Positions 30,523 through 39,794 of a stretch of DNA of 64,000 nt are shown piece after piece (within the stretch, counting starts at the first letter, position 1; every line of letters starts with the position of its first letter). The notes beneath the pieces were generated by a model. That model searched no databases. It was not told the origin of the DNA and saw nothing but the letters and a program-made list of their open reading frames with translations. The stretch is taken from the IMG/VR virus record IMGVR_UViG_3300032007_000017, one strand, 5' to 3'. Source of the DNA: a virus (lineage: Duplodnaviria; Caudoviricetes). Made by a program: the position numbers and the translations under genes.

Positions 30523-31785
30523 TTACGCTGCGTCTTGAATTACGGATTCATTCATGATTTCGGCATTAAGCATATTAATAATGCTTATGGATGCCTTACG
30601 ACTCTTAGCCGATTCCTCAGCAAGCTGATCATCAGAGTTGAGAATAGATCTGAGATATTTTGTAGCAGCTCTACTGAATGCTTCTGCAAACTCAGGATCA
30701 TTCTCAAGCTTATCTTTAAAATCTTTCTGATAGAATTTCTTATCGTATCCATCGAGAGAAAGATAAGCACCAGACTGATTGATTACTTTAGCAGATCTCA
30801 TTGCTACAAACAATGAAAGATCTGCATCGAATCCATGCTCATAGTCAAAGACAAGAGTACAGATTCTACCAGCTCTGCCAGTACGAGACTTACAGATCAT
30901 AGCATCAACAATGATACCATTGATACCAAGATCTTTGTCTTCGCTAAGCTTGGTATTTTCATCCATACGAATGATCAGATTAGGAGTATATTTCCAAATA
31001 CGACCACCAGGAAGAGTTTCTCCTTGCTTAAGCCAAGCCATATCAGGCTTCTTAGGCATGAAAGATACATCATCATTGATATGATTGATTGCAATCAGAA
31101 TGATATTAGTAGCCTTCAGCATAGGAATAACTCTCTTCAGAGTAAGTGTATTCGTTTTAGCTGCAGCAGTAGCAGACATAGAACCACTAAGTTCTTCCTC
31201 TTCAGTAAGCTTATCGGGAATAAGCATAGGAACTGAATCAAGAAAATAGATATCAGGAATCAGCTTAGTGATCTTATTTCCATAAGTATCATAAAGACCA
31301 GTATCATAGCTCATCTCATCGTAGTTAGCAAGCTTAACATCATGAAGAGCTTTGATTGACTGATAGAAATTCTCTACAGTGATACCAGAGTTACGATAAC
31401 GATACTTTGCCTGCATTGTATCATTATCCCATCCAGTAAGAACTTTCTTACGAATATCATTTGTACCACCTTCAATATCATCATGATAGATTGAAGAACC
31501 TTCGAATCTCTCAGTGATACGAGCAGCAATTTGGATGGACAGAGTAGTCTTACCACAACCAGGACGACCTAAGATTTCCATACAGGCTCCATCAGTAATA
31601 CCAAGGGATACATATGAAAATGGAGGTCTTCCATCTTGAGGTTTAACGCTCATAATACATCCATTTGCAAAGTCAAGGGTTAAAAATCCAGTAGGATACT
31701 GAATATCAGGCTCTCCCTCTTTCTTCATTCTAGGATCTTTGAATTTGGAGACTTCTTCGCGATAACGTTGGACTGTTGAAAGCAT
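30523..31785 (-). CDS. recA: RecA/UvsX-like recombinase
   Basis: YPTGFLTLD, Walker A GRPGCGKTT, Walker B YFLDSV, LIAINH, PGG, KSR. Confidence 0.88.
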   Translation of the reverse strand: MLSTVQRYREEVSKFKDPRMKKEGEPDIQYPTGFLTLDFANGCIMSVKPQDGRPPFSYVSLGITDGACMEILGRPGCGKTTLSIQIAARITERFEGSSIYHDDIEGGTNDIRKKVLTGWDNDTMQAKYRYRNSGITVENFYQSIKALHDVKLANYDEMSYDTGLYDTYGNKITKLIPDIYFLDSVPMLIPDKLTEEEELSGSMSATAAAKTNTLTLKRVIPMLKATNIILIAINHINDDVSFMPKKPDMAWLKQGETLPGGRIWKYTPNLIIRMDENTKLSEDKDLGINGIIVDAMICKSRTGRAGRICTLVFDYEHGFDADLSLFVAMRSAKVINQSGAYLSLDGYDKKFYQKDFKDKLENDPEFAEAFSRAATKYLRSILNSDDQLAEESAKSRKASISIINMLNAEIMNESVIQDAA

Positions 31786-31971
31786 TTGTATCTCTCCTTA
31801 ATCGCGTTATTAATACGTAATGTATAGTTGACGTTTGAGTAAAAAGAAACTAGTATCAATAAAAGTCCCCTCTCTTCCAAAAGGAAGAGAGGGGTTATCA
31901 TCTCTTCTCTAAACCAAATGTTGTTATGCAATGAGCGTGGTTTAGAGAACAAGATTTCTCCTTAATAGCAT

Positions 31972-32874
31972 TTACGGAATATAAATATTGTTTTGATCAT
32001 ACATTCTATCGACCACGTCTCTAATACGACCAAAATCTCTAGATAATGCACGAAGGGAGAATCTTACAGGAGGTCTGGTATTTGACCAGGCATCCAAGAA
32101 TATCTTAATGAGCCTGTAGATATCGCCGCTTGTCATGTTATTTGTAAGAGTTAGAACGGCAAGTGTGATATTGCTAAAGACATCATGAATATCTTGCTCA
32201 TCAAACGCATTATCAGAAGCAATACCATGCTGTTTAGGATCATAGTCGAACATGGTAGCCATAAACAAATAACGCATTTGATCAAAGAGCTTTTCATAGA
32301 TATAGATGATGGTCTGCTCTGTCATAATCTTATCACTGCAAGTGCAGATATAGAAATTAACTCTTACTGCATTCTGATATTCATCAGTAGAGCTATATCT
32401 GCACATTGCAAGATAAACCGCATTCTCTTCAGGTAAGCCTTCAATAGTTAACAGATTGCCAATCGTTCTAGAATTGACAATCTTAGATATCTCGAGCATT
32501 TCATGAAGAACTTCATGAGTTGCAGCTCTATAGTAGAGATATGAATAGCAAAGCTTATTCACAAACAGTCTACGAGACTCAGTGATTGGCATAGTAGAAA
32601 GAACATCTTTCAAGACTCTTAAGAAATCCATATCACCGAGCTTCTTAGCATACTTGCAAGTCCCATCGATAAATTGCTTAGCAATGAAATCGATATTGGA
32701 CCTTACAAAATTATGCATATCATGATCATTCATGGCAGAGAAATTATTGATCATTTTATAGAAGTAATCTAACTGCCATGCATCAAAAGAAGGTGTATAT
32801 TCAGGTTGCGGATCGGGTGGAAGACTATTGATTTCAGTCATAAACTGAGGGATCTCATAACCATTAATGTCCAT
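31972..32874 (-). CDS. Hypothetical alpha-helical protein
   Basis: Start MDING after AAGGAGG. Confidence 0.65.
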   Translation of the reverse strand: MDINGYEIPQFMTEINSLPPDPQPEYTPSFDAWQLDYFYKMINNFSAMNDHDMHNFVRSNIDFIAKQFIDGTCKYAKKLGDMDFLRVLKDVLSTMPITESRRLFVNKLCYSYLYYRAATHEVLHEMLEISKIVNSRTIGNLLTIEGLPEENAVYLAMCRYSSTDEYQNAVRVNFYICTCSDKIMTEQTIIYIYEKLFDQMRYLFMATMFDYDPKQHGIASDNAFDEQDIHDVFSNITLAVLTLTNNMTSGDIYRLIKIFLDAWSNTRPPVRFSLRALSRDFGRIRDVVDRMYDQNNIYIP

Positions 32875-32884
32875 TATATCCTCC

Positions 32885-33208
32885 TTATAAAACAAACTTT
32901 GTTCCAAGATAACTGTTGAAATATTCAGTTATTGGAATCTGATATTTTCGTTGTATGATCGAAAATGGACCACTAAATGTATCACTTGCAATAGTGACTT
33001 TCTTTACAAATCCATTTGGATCTACTCTAAATGAAACATAGGTGCGATTGAATGCACTAAGAGTGATCATCTCATCATCATCGATTGTCACTCCGGTTTT
33101 AATGAGGTAAAGACTCACTCCAGGGTTTAAATAAGATTGAATGTCCTCCTTTAATTGAGAATTAAAATTGGTGTAGCGACGAGTCTTGATTACAATATTA
33201 TCTTCCAT
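32885..33208 (-). CDS. Hypothetical protein
   Basis: RBS AAAGGAG; ATATTAT-type motif at ~33241-33250. Confidence 0.6.
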   Translation of the reverse strand: MEDNIVIKTRRYTNFNSQLKEDIQSYLNPGVSLYLIKTGVTIDDDEMITLSAFNRTYVSFRVDPNGFVKKVTIASDTFSGPFSIIQRKYQIPITEYFNSYLGTKFVL

Positions 33209-33288
33209 TGTATCTTGACTCCTTTCTTGTACTTCACTATTATAATATGTGGTTGAAGTGAAAGTTATTAATAAAAAAGAAAAGAAGG

Positions 33289-33939
33289 CTAGGCCTTCTT
33301 TTCTCTTAGTTTGAACTCTGTTCCTATAAATGTTACTACTGGATCACCACGTTGAATAGAATTATGCTGAGACCAGGCATCATTAGTTGCTTTCGCTAAC
33401 TTCTCTTCATTTCTTTTCTTAATGAGAGAAATCATTCGTTCTTTAACTTTAACTAAATTTGCATGTTGGGATCTCTCTTCTGTGCAAACAACGAATTCTC
33501 CAGTAGGTTTATAGATACAGCGAATTCCAGTTTCTACCTTATTGACATTTTGTCCTCCAGGACTCCCACTATGCAAAGGTTCATAAGAAAACATTGATTC
33601 ATCAAATTCTTCTTTATTAACTTCATTGATTCCAACTCGTTGAAATGAAATAAACCAATTCTTTCTCTTATGATTCTTCCTATAAGGACTTTTACAGATC
33701 CATTGAATCGTACCAATATACTTATCGAGATCATCAGGAGTTTCGAAAATAACCGATTTCAAATCTCCAGAATTTTCTCCATCTACTTTAATAGGATCAT
33801 ATATCGGATGATTCATGACAAGATAATGAAAGAATAAACCAGCAGCACATTCACATTCTACGGGAGCATGAATTCCAGCAGAAATCTGATATTGATTGTA
33901 CTTCTTAGCATATTCTTCATCTCTATTCGTTTTTCTCAA
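33289..33939 (-). CDS. prfH: Peptide chain release factor H-like protein
   Basis: QISAG..APVEC, GTIQWICKSPYRKNHKRKNWF, SGSPGGQNVNKVETGIR, ERSQHAN; directly downstream of rtcB. Confidence 0.88.
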   Translation of the reverse strand: MRKTNRDEEYAKKYNQYQISAGIHAPVECECAAGLFFHYLVMNHPIYDPIKVDGENSGDLKSVIFETPDDLDKYIGTIQWICKSPYRKNHKRKNWFISFQRVGINEVNKEEFDESMFSYEPLHSGSPGGQNVNKVETGIRCIYKPTGEFVVCTEERSQHANLVKVKERMISLIKKRNEEKLAKATNDAWSQHNSIQRGDPVVTFIGTEFKLREKKA

Positions 33940-33942
33940 TGT

Positions 33943-35049
33943 TTATCCTCCAGCTTTGAAGTTATATACCGGTCGAATGATATTCTGAATTTCCACAGTA
34001 GGTTCAATGAGTCTCTTAATATAATCAGAATCTTTATATGCCATAGGAGATTCATCAAGAGTATTCTTTGCAACCGTAGTAGAATAAATACCTTTCATCT
34101 CAGATTTAAACTCATTCAATGTATGGTGTTGTGCAATATCAGATCGAGAATACTTACGACCGGCACCATGAGGAGCGGAGCAATTCCAATCCACATTTTC
34201 TTTGCCAACTCCAATAATGCAACCATCTCTCATATTGAGAGGAATAATCACATTATCATCCTTCCCGGCTTTAATAGCTCCCTTACGAAGAATATAATAA
34301 AGCTTTCCATCAAGATTAATATGACCGATATAATTGTGGGGTACAGAAATACACCAGTCAATGTCCCACTTCATTGCCTTGCAGATCGTATACATAATAG
34401 CATATCGATTCAGCTTAGCAAACTCTACACCAATCTCTTGATCATGTATATACATCATACGCAAAGAATCTTCGAGATAGGTGTATGGATGGGGAACTTC
34501 ATCAGACAGTGTAAGCTTATCTGCAGTATTGTGATAGTGCTCTTCAATAGCATATCCAAGAGAACGACTACCACTATGAACCACAAGATAGAAATCATCT
34601 TCTTCATCTTTATCAAGTTCGATGAAGTGATTTCCACTACCAAGAGTTCCAATAGCTCTTTTAGCCTTCTCTAAATCAATCGACTCAGCACAAGCGAGTT
34701 GTTCGAGATCGATATCATCATCAAAGGGACCACTCTTATCTCTATTCTTAGTACCAGATGGAATCAACTCCCTAACTACCTTATCAAGATGATCCATCTC
34801 AATATGCTTCTTGACTTTGATCTTTGCATAGGTCATTCCGCATCCGATATCAGGACCAATCAGTCCAGGACAAATCTTATCATTACGGATGATCATAGAG
34901 AGGCCAACAACTGATCCTTTTCCTGGATGGCAATCGGGCATAATACGAATAGTATTGCCATCAAATACAGGAGATTCGATCATTGTATTGATTGAACCAA
35001 AGGTTGATTTCTCCAAATTTTCTGCAAAGATTTTGCAATCAGCAGGCAT
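33943..35049 (-). CDS. rtcB: RtcB-family RNA ligase
   Basis: MPDCHPG, GPDIGCGM, GTLGSGNHFIE, VHSGSR, HN, RKGA, HGAGR, DESPMAYK. Confidence 0.93.
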   Translation of the reverse strand: MPADCKIFAENLEKSTFGSINTMIESPVFDGNTIRIMPDCHPGKGSVVGLSMIIRNDKICPGLIGPDIGCGMTYAKIKVKKHIEMDHLDKVVRELIPSGTKNRDKSGPFDDDIDLEQLACAESIDLEKAKRAIGTLGSGNHFIELDKDEEDDFYLVVHSGSRSLGYAIEEHYHNTADKLTLSDEVPHPYTYLEDSLRMMYIHDQEIGVEFAKLNRYAIMYTICKAMKWDIDWCISVPHNYIGHINLDGKLYYILRKGAIKAGKDDNVIIPLNMRDGCIIGVGKENVDWNCSAPHGAGRKYSRSDIAQHHTLNEFKSEMKGIYSTTVAKNTLDESPMAYKDSDYIKRLIEPTVEIQNIIRPVYNFKAGG

Positions 35050-35059
35050 AAAAATCCTC

Positions 35060-35194
35060 CTATTTTATTCTACTTCCATTTGAGTTAATACTGGAAAGAA
35101 TTCTTTTGATATCATCATTTTGGCGAATGACTTTATCAAGCTTTCCATTAAGAGCTTTGATCTCATCTAAAAGCTCTTGTTCAAAATTACTCAT
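35060..35194 (-). CDS. Small coiled-coil protein (44 aa)
   Basis: MSNFEQELLDEIKALNGKLDK..; overlaps the upstream stop; below the ORF-track cutoff. Confidence 0.5.
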   Translation of the reverse strand: MSNFEQELLDEIKALNGKLDKVIRQNDDIKRILSSINSNGSRIK

Positions 35195-35564
35195 TCTTAT
35201 CACTTTCTTTCATTTGTTCTACTTTCACAAAATGAGAAGGAGCCCAATCAGGAGTGTTGAAACCCATAATATTTTCTTGAAGCTCCGTCATCTGATCATA
35301 TGATAGATTCTCAAATATGATTGACAATTTGTATGTTGCATTAAGATCTTCTTTTTCTTTCTCACTCATATCATCGTAGAACTTTTTCATACATTCCTCA
35401 GAGCAGAATGGAGCTTCAGACACAATATCAATAAAATGTGTAGGCTCTTTGCATAATAAGCAAGGTTCACTCTTATCTGTATAGAGAAGTCCTTCTTCCT
35501 CGAGGTCACTCATACGACTATTCCAAGCACTAGTAGCATTCGGATATTTTTCTGCGTATTTCAT
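35187..35564 (-). CDS. Small Cys-motif (TRASH-like) protein
   Basis: CLLC...FCSEEC; RBS GGAGG. Confidence 0.6.
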   Translation of the reverse strand: MKYAEKYPNATSAWNSRMSDLEEEGLLYTDKSEPCLLCKEPTHFIDIVSEAPFCSEECMKKFYDDMSEKEKEDLNATYKLSIIFENLSYDQMTELQENIMGFNTPDWAPSHFVKVEQMKESDKNE

Positions 35565-35622
35565 AATAATACCTCCATAAAAATAAAAGAAAGAGGGGAC
35601 TTAATGTCCCCTCTTCTCGATT

Positions 35623-36774
35623 TTAATAATCAGCTTCGTTGACACCTTTTTGAAAGGACTTGGTTCCAAAGCTATCGAAGAAATCTGAATCGCTTCGACT
35701 GTTTTCCTTCTGGGTTCCCATCATGTCGAATCCGTCATCTTCGAGCTCACTAACCATACCGCCAATGGCATCGAAAAATCCATCTTTGGTTTTATCGACT
35801 TTTGCAGTCTTTTCTTTATAGGACTCAAAGATCTCCTGAATCTCTTCTGTCGGCATCTTCATGCCGCTTGCGATAAAGGAAATCTTGTATTCCTTTGAAT
35901 CGGAATTCTTATGAATGAAGAACTCAAACGGTTCGCCATAGAAGCTTCTCAGATCATTGCCATTATAATCAACAGTATCCTCATCATTGGGAACGTCGAA
36001 GATCATAGCAAGTCTCTTGGCACCAGGATTCACACTGGGAGTGATGAATCCTTGTGATCTGATGAAGTTGCTGAATCCCTTATGGAAATCTTCAGCAGTT
36101 GTTCTTTTAAACCGATAGGTATTGGCTGCCATAAATCCGGGGGTTGTAGCAGCCTTATATAAATCGGTGTCATCCATGACTTGGGTTCCAGTCTGATTAT
36201 AGGAACCGGTCAGGATCCGCATTACTTCGATGAAAAGCTCATTGGCAAGCTTTTCGGCCTTGAACTTATTACCGTTTGCTTGGTCAAGGAACTTCGCATT
36301 CGAAATTCCAATGATAGTAAAATCATCCGAGAGCTCCTGGCAGATTTCGAGACTGTTCTTCATACCTCTGGCATCGTCACCGAAACCAAAGAATAGAACA
36401 ATTATAACGTTCTTTCCTTTCTGCTCATGGAAGTATCTTGCAAGAATGGGAATGCTGGAACTACCGGTACCACCTTCGGTAGCACCGACAAGCACTATTG
36501 CCTGATCATCGTCGTTAACAATGTGATTGATATCAATCTTACCTCCTCTAAGATCGGAGATAAGCATCTCTCTACCAACGGATCTTTCCTTTCCACAACC
36601 ACCCAGGGTTCTGTTTCCCTTACCAAAGATGATTGTATCGAGACCTGTGTTCTCGATATCTTTATCCGTACTATTGATAAGATGGACTTTTTCGGGTTTA
36701 TACCCGCTGCGGACCAGATCTGTGGCAACCTTGTTACCACAAGCGCCACACCCTACGACAGAAAAACTAAGCAT
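35623..36774 (-). CDS. Tubulin/FtsZ-family GTPase (PhuZ/TubZ-like)
   Basis: VVGCGACGNK, GCGKERSVG, signature GATEGGTGS, MDDTD, acidic tail. Confidence 0.88.
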   Translation of the reverse strand: MLSFSVVGCGACGNKVATDLVRSGYKPEKVHLINSTDKDIENTGLDTIIFGKGNRTLGGCGKERSVGREMLISDLRGGKIDINHIVNDDDQAIVLVGATEGGTGSSSIPILARYFHEQKGKNVIIVLFFGFGDDARGMKNSLEICQELSDDFTIIGISNAKFLDQANGNKFKAEKLANELFIEVMRILTGSYNQTGTQVMDDTDLYKAATTPGFMAANTYRFKRTTAEDFHKGFSNFIRSQGFITPSVNPGAKRLAMIFDVPNDEDTVDYNGNDLRSFYGEPFEFFIHKNSDSKEYKISFIASGMKMPTEEIQEIFESYKEKTAKVDKTKDGFFDAIGGMVSELEDDGFDMMGTQKENSRSDSDFFDSFGTKSFQKGVNEADY

Positions 36775-36807
36775 GATAATTCCTCCTTGTGTATTATATG
36801 AATTTAA

Positions 36808-37608
36808 TTAGTCGACAAGATATACGTTTACGTTGTTTCTTGTTATGGCATAGCATTCGTCATGGCTATGGCATGCTATATCAATTGTAGTTCCATTCAT
36901 ATTACCTGTATCATCTACACGATAGTATCCATAACCCTCAATGTAAAGCCTAGTACCGAATTTAACACCATTTAATGCACATGTGGTGCCAATTTCGGCA
37001 GGTCGACCACTGGCTGTAATGCCATTGGTCGTTGTACAACAATGAGCACAATATGGATCGTACCCAGTAATGCGATACGATCCCAGATATGTCATACCAC
37101 TTGTATCCGCGGACGTATTATTACGGATAGATATAGTGGTCGTCTTCTTTGGTCTACTGGCTTCAATCTCTTCAATCTTATCCAGGTCAAGCGGATAAAT
37201 CTTCAGGATCTTACCAATTAGCAATTCTTTTCCTTGAAGGCCGTTGTCGTACTCGATCTGCGGCCAATAAATACCATTTCCATAGTATCTCTCGGCTAAG
37301 CCCCAGTATGTATTTCCGGACTGAACTTCGAATTCTTCATATTCTCTTCCATCCCAGTATACATATTCAGGCTCTGGATCATTGATAACCGCAGTACTTG
37401 TTTCTTCTTCTTCAATCCCATCAATCATTGGATTGTATTGAGGGATTTTGGTTTTGAGATATTCTATTTCAATCTCATATTGTTCAATTTTCTCGTTATT
37501 TTCTTCAATCTCCTTTTCGTAATTCATTGCTCCTATATAAGTACCAATAACAGTCATAAGTACAATAGCTGTCATAAGTCTCAACAGTATCGATTCACTC
37601 TTTGTCAT
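36808..37608 (-). CDS. Membrane-anchored LysM plus 3D-domain cell-wall protein
   Basis: N-terminal hydrophobic helix, LysM (VQSGNTYWGLAERYYG), 3D domain (ITGY..GITASG..VDDTG..IDI). Confidence 0.85.
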   Translation of the reverse strand: MTKSESILLRLMTAIVLMTVIGTYIGAMNYEKEIEENNEKIEQYEIEIEYLKTKIPQYNPMIDGIEEEETSTAVINDPEPEYVYWDGREYEEFEVQSGNTYWGLAERYYGNGIYWPQIEYDNGLQGKELLIGKILKIYPLDLDKIEEIEASRPKKTTTISIRNNTSADTSGMTYLGSYRITGYDPYCAHCCTTTNGITASGRPAEIGTTCALNGVKFGTRLYIEGYGYYRVDDTGNMNGTTIDIACHSHDECYAITRNNVNVYLVD

Positions 37609-37665
37609 TCTTGTCCTCCAAAACGCTGGATACCACCTAGAGGGTGGTATCCATAAGGTTTATAC

Positions 37666-37800
37666 TTACTTCTTGTTTTTCTCTGCTTCCTTCTTGGCGA
37701 AGGCAGCCTCAATCTCCTGTCTCTCAGCCTCGGAGATAGGCTTGTACCCGAACTGACCAGCAGGATAGCCTTGTTCGGTAATGACTCCAATGTTTGCCAT
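37666..37800 (-). CDS. Small protein (44 aa)
   Basis: RBS AAAGGAG, then MANIGVITEQGYPAGQFGYKP..; ATATTAT-type motif at ~37838-37847. Confidence 0.6.
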   Translation of the reverse strand: MANIGVITEQGYPAGQFGYKPISEAERQEIEAAFAKKEAEKNKK

Positions 37801-37849
37801 AATAGTTAAACTCCTTTCCTTATGGTTTCTCCATTATTATAATATGTAA

Positions 37850-38239
37850 CTAAAAAAGTTCTTTCAAGCGATCTGCATCGTTTAAATATTGGTTCCATAT
37901 TTCAGTTACATCTCTGACACCAAAATAATGGTCTCCAACAGATATACATTCAAAAAAGCATACATTCATATGCTCAGATTTTGCAAGTGTTCTATAATTT
38001 CTAGCCTCATTTAACAATGTCTGAGGCTGCATAAACCCATAATACAGAATACATTCAAGTGCTACTTTCTGATCTTCAGAAGTTTTAATCATCAGAAGAG
38101 CACCAATCATATCTTTATCAGTTTGATCAGCAGAAATAATCTTAACTTTCTGATCAATAACATGAGAAGCAACATTTGTAGGATTGTTGGCTTTCATATA
38201 ATCATCGAATGGAATAATCTCTCGTTTCATAAGTATCAT
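37850..38239 (-). CDS. Hypothetical protein
   Basis: RBS GGGAGG. Confidence 0.6.
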   Translation of the reverse strand: MILMKREIIPFDDYMKANNPTNVASHVIDQKVKIISADQTDKDMIGALLMIKTSEDQKVALECILYYGFMQPQTLLNEARNYRTLAKSEHMNVCFFECISVGDHYFGVRDVTEIWNQYLNDADRLKELF

Positions 38240-38419
38240 TCCTCCCTTATTAATATGTACTTTTCAAGATAATATTCCCCAGGTATAACCTGGGGAATAT
38301 TATCAAGAGTGATGTAAGGATGGTCTTTTTACATTTACGACACTTGACACGAAAAGATATAGAATGACACACAATACCGGCTAAGCCGATTTACTTGTAT
38401 GTTTATGAGAGATATTTAT

Positions 38420-39145
38420 TTATACTTCTCTTACAACTCTACGTTCTTTATTACGAACTGTAATCGGAAGCATATAATCCTGATTAATAATATTCGTATA
38501 AATACAAGATCCTAAGAGATAATAATTCAATGTGTTTTTAGACGTAAAATCATCTTGATCAATGGGAATATCTTTCTCAGACAGAGTACCAGTAGTGGCA
38601 ATTGTTGCATAAGCAACAGACTTTGCATTCATAGCATCTGCTCTGAATGTAGATAATTCCTTCATTGTATGATCCATATTCATGGCAATTAATCCTTCCA
38701 TTTCACGGTCGGATTCTTTACCACCTTTATCATGATACACAAGAAGACCAGTCTTATAATCACGATCATTAATTCCTGTAGTAGTATGATTCTTCTTAAC
38801 GATAAACTGTTTCATTTTCTTAATATGAATTGGAACTACTACAGCTTCTTTAGATGTAATAGGCTCTCCCTTAGAGTTCTTATACATATAAGGAAGATAT
38901 ACTTTCTCAGTAAGAGGAACTCCAAGTACATCTAACCCTTCTTTGATATCTTCCATCTTAGGTTCTACTACCCAAGGTTTTACATGAAAACGAAATGGAA
39001 GAGGTCTATTACAAAATGTTTTAAATTGAGTATCACTCATTTTAGAAAACAGATTCTTATAATATGCTGTATTTGATCCAGTCTTATCAACTGCATCAAA
39101 ATATTTATAGATTAATTCTTCAGCTTTTTTACGTTGCGGAGTCAT
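38420..39145 (-). CDS. Virion RNA polymerase beta subunit, extreme C-terminal part
   Basis: PIHIKKMKQFIVKK..DYKTG..KGGKESDREMEGLIA..KELSTFRAD, a second copy of the beta C-terminal motifs distinct from the nvRNAP gene; AACA-N6-TA motif at 39162-39173. Confidence 0.8.
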   Translation of the reverse strand: MTPQRKKAEELIYKYFDAVDKTGSNTAYYKNLFSKMSDTQFKTFCNRPLPFRFHVKPWVVEPKMEDIKEGLDVLGVPLTEKVYLPYMYKNSKGEPITSKEAVVVPIHIKKMKQFIVKKNHTTTGINDRDYKTGLLVYHDKGGKESDREMEGLIAMNMDHTMKELSTFRADAMNAKSVAYATIATTGTLSEKDIPIDQDDFTSKNTLNYYLLGSCIYTNIINQDYMLPITVRNKERRVVREV

Positions 39146-39172
39146 TTAATCACTCTCCTTTTAATAAAGTGT

Positions 39173-39790
39173 TGATGATCACAGGGTTTTACCCCTGTGA
39201 TCATCATTGCAAGAAGAGACGTGGATGCTTGATAAAAGCAACAGGATATAAGAAATCAATCTAACCCTAATAAATTGTTTATTCTTTAAAAATAAAAATA
39301 AAGGTGATTAGAGGGGAAAGATTCCCCTCTAATCTATAGAAGATTGTGAAGACATGATGATCAAGCAATTAACAACGTCTTTTCTTGCATTTTCATAAGA
39401 TTAAACTCCTATATTCATTAAAGCGATAGACTCGCTAAAGTCTTAGTTTTACTTATGATAAAACGAGTATCGCTTAGATCATCCTAATAAAATGTTAAAG
39501 ATAGGGAGCATAGAGCTCCCTATCTTTATGCCTTTGTTATACCTGTTAGAAAAAGCAAATGATACACTTTTAAACAGAAGATAGACGAATTGGAAATCCT
39601 AGACGATGTTTTGCCTTTGTTGCCGAGAAGAATTACTTGGTAGCATATGATACTTTCGTTTTACCAGTGGGGCGATGATATGATTACATAAACTCTATAG
39701 AATTCTAATTATATTTTCTTTTATAAGCGATAACTTCGCTAAAGGTTAATTAGATTATATAGAAGGTATCATATCATTTTTTCAAATTCC
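39173..39790 (-). ncRNA. Three tandem candidate structured ncRNAs with mutual complementarity
   Basis: Promoter motifs at 39268-39279 and 39485-39496; hairpins at 39173-39206, 39306-39334 and 39496-39528; shared CTTTAGCGA-N5-TCGCTT motif; no ORFs. Confidence 0.5.
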
Positions 39791-39794
39791 TGTG

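Noticed and set aside
37605-37790. 61-aa ORF MESLPNK from the ORF track
   Set aside because: An overlapping frame (37666-37800) has the ATG, RBS and promoter motif.
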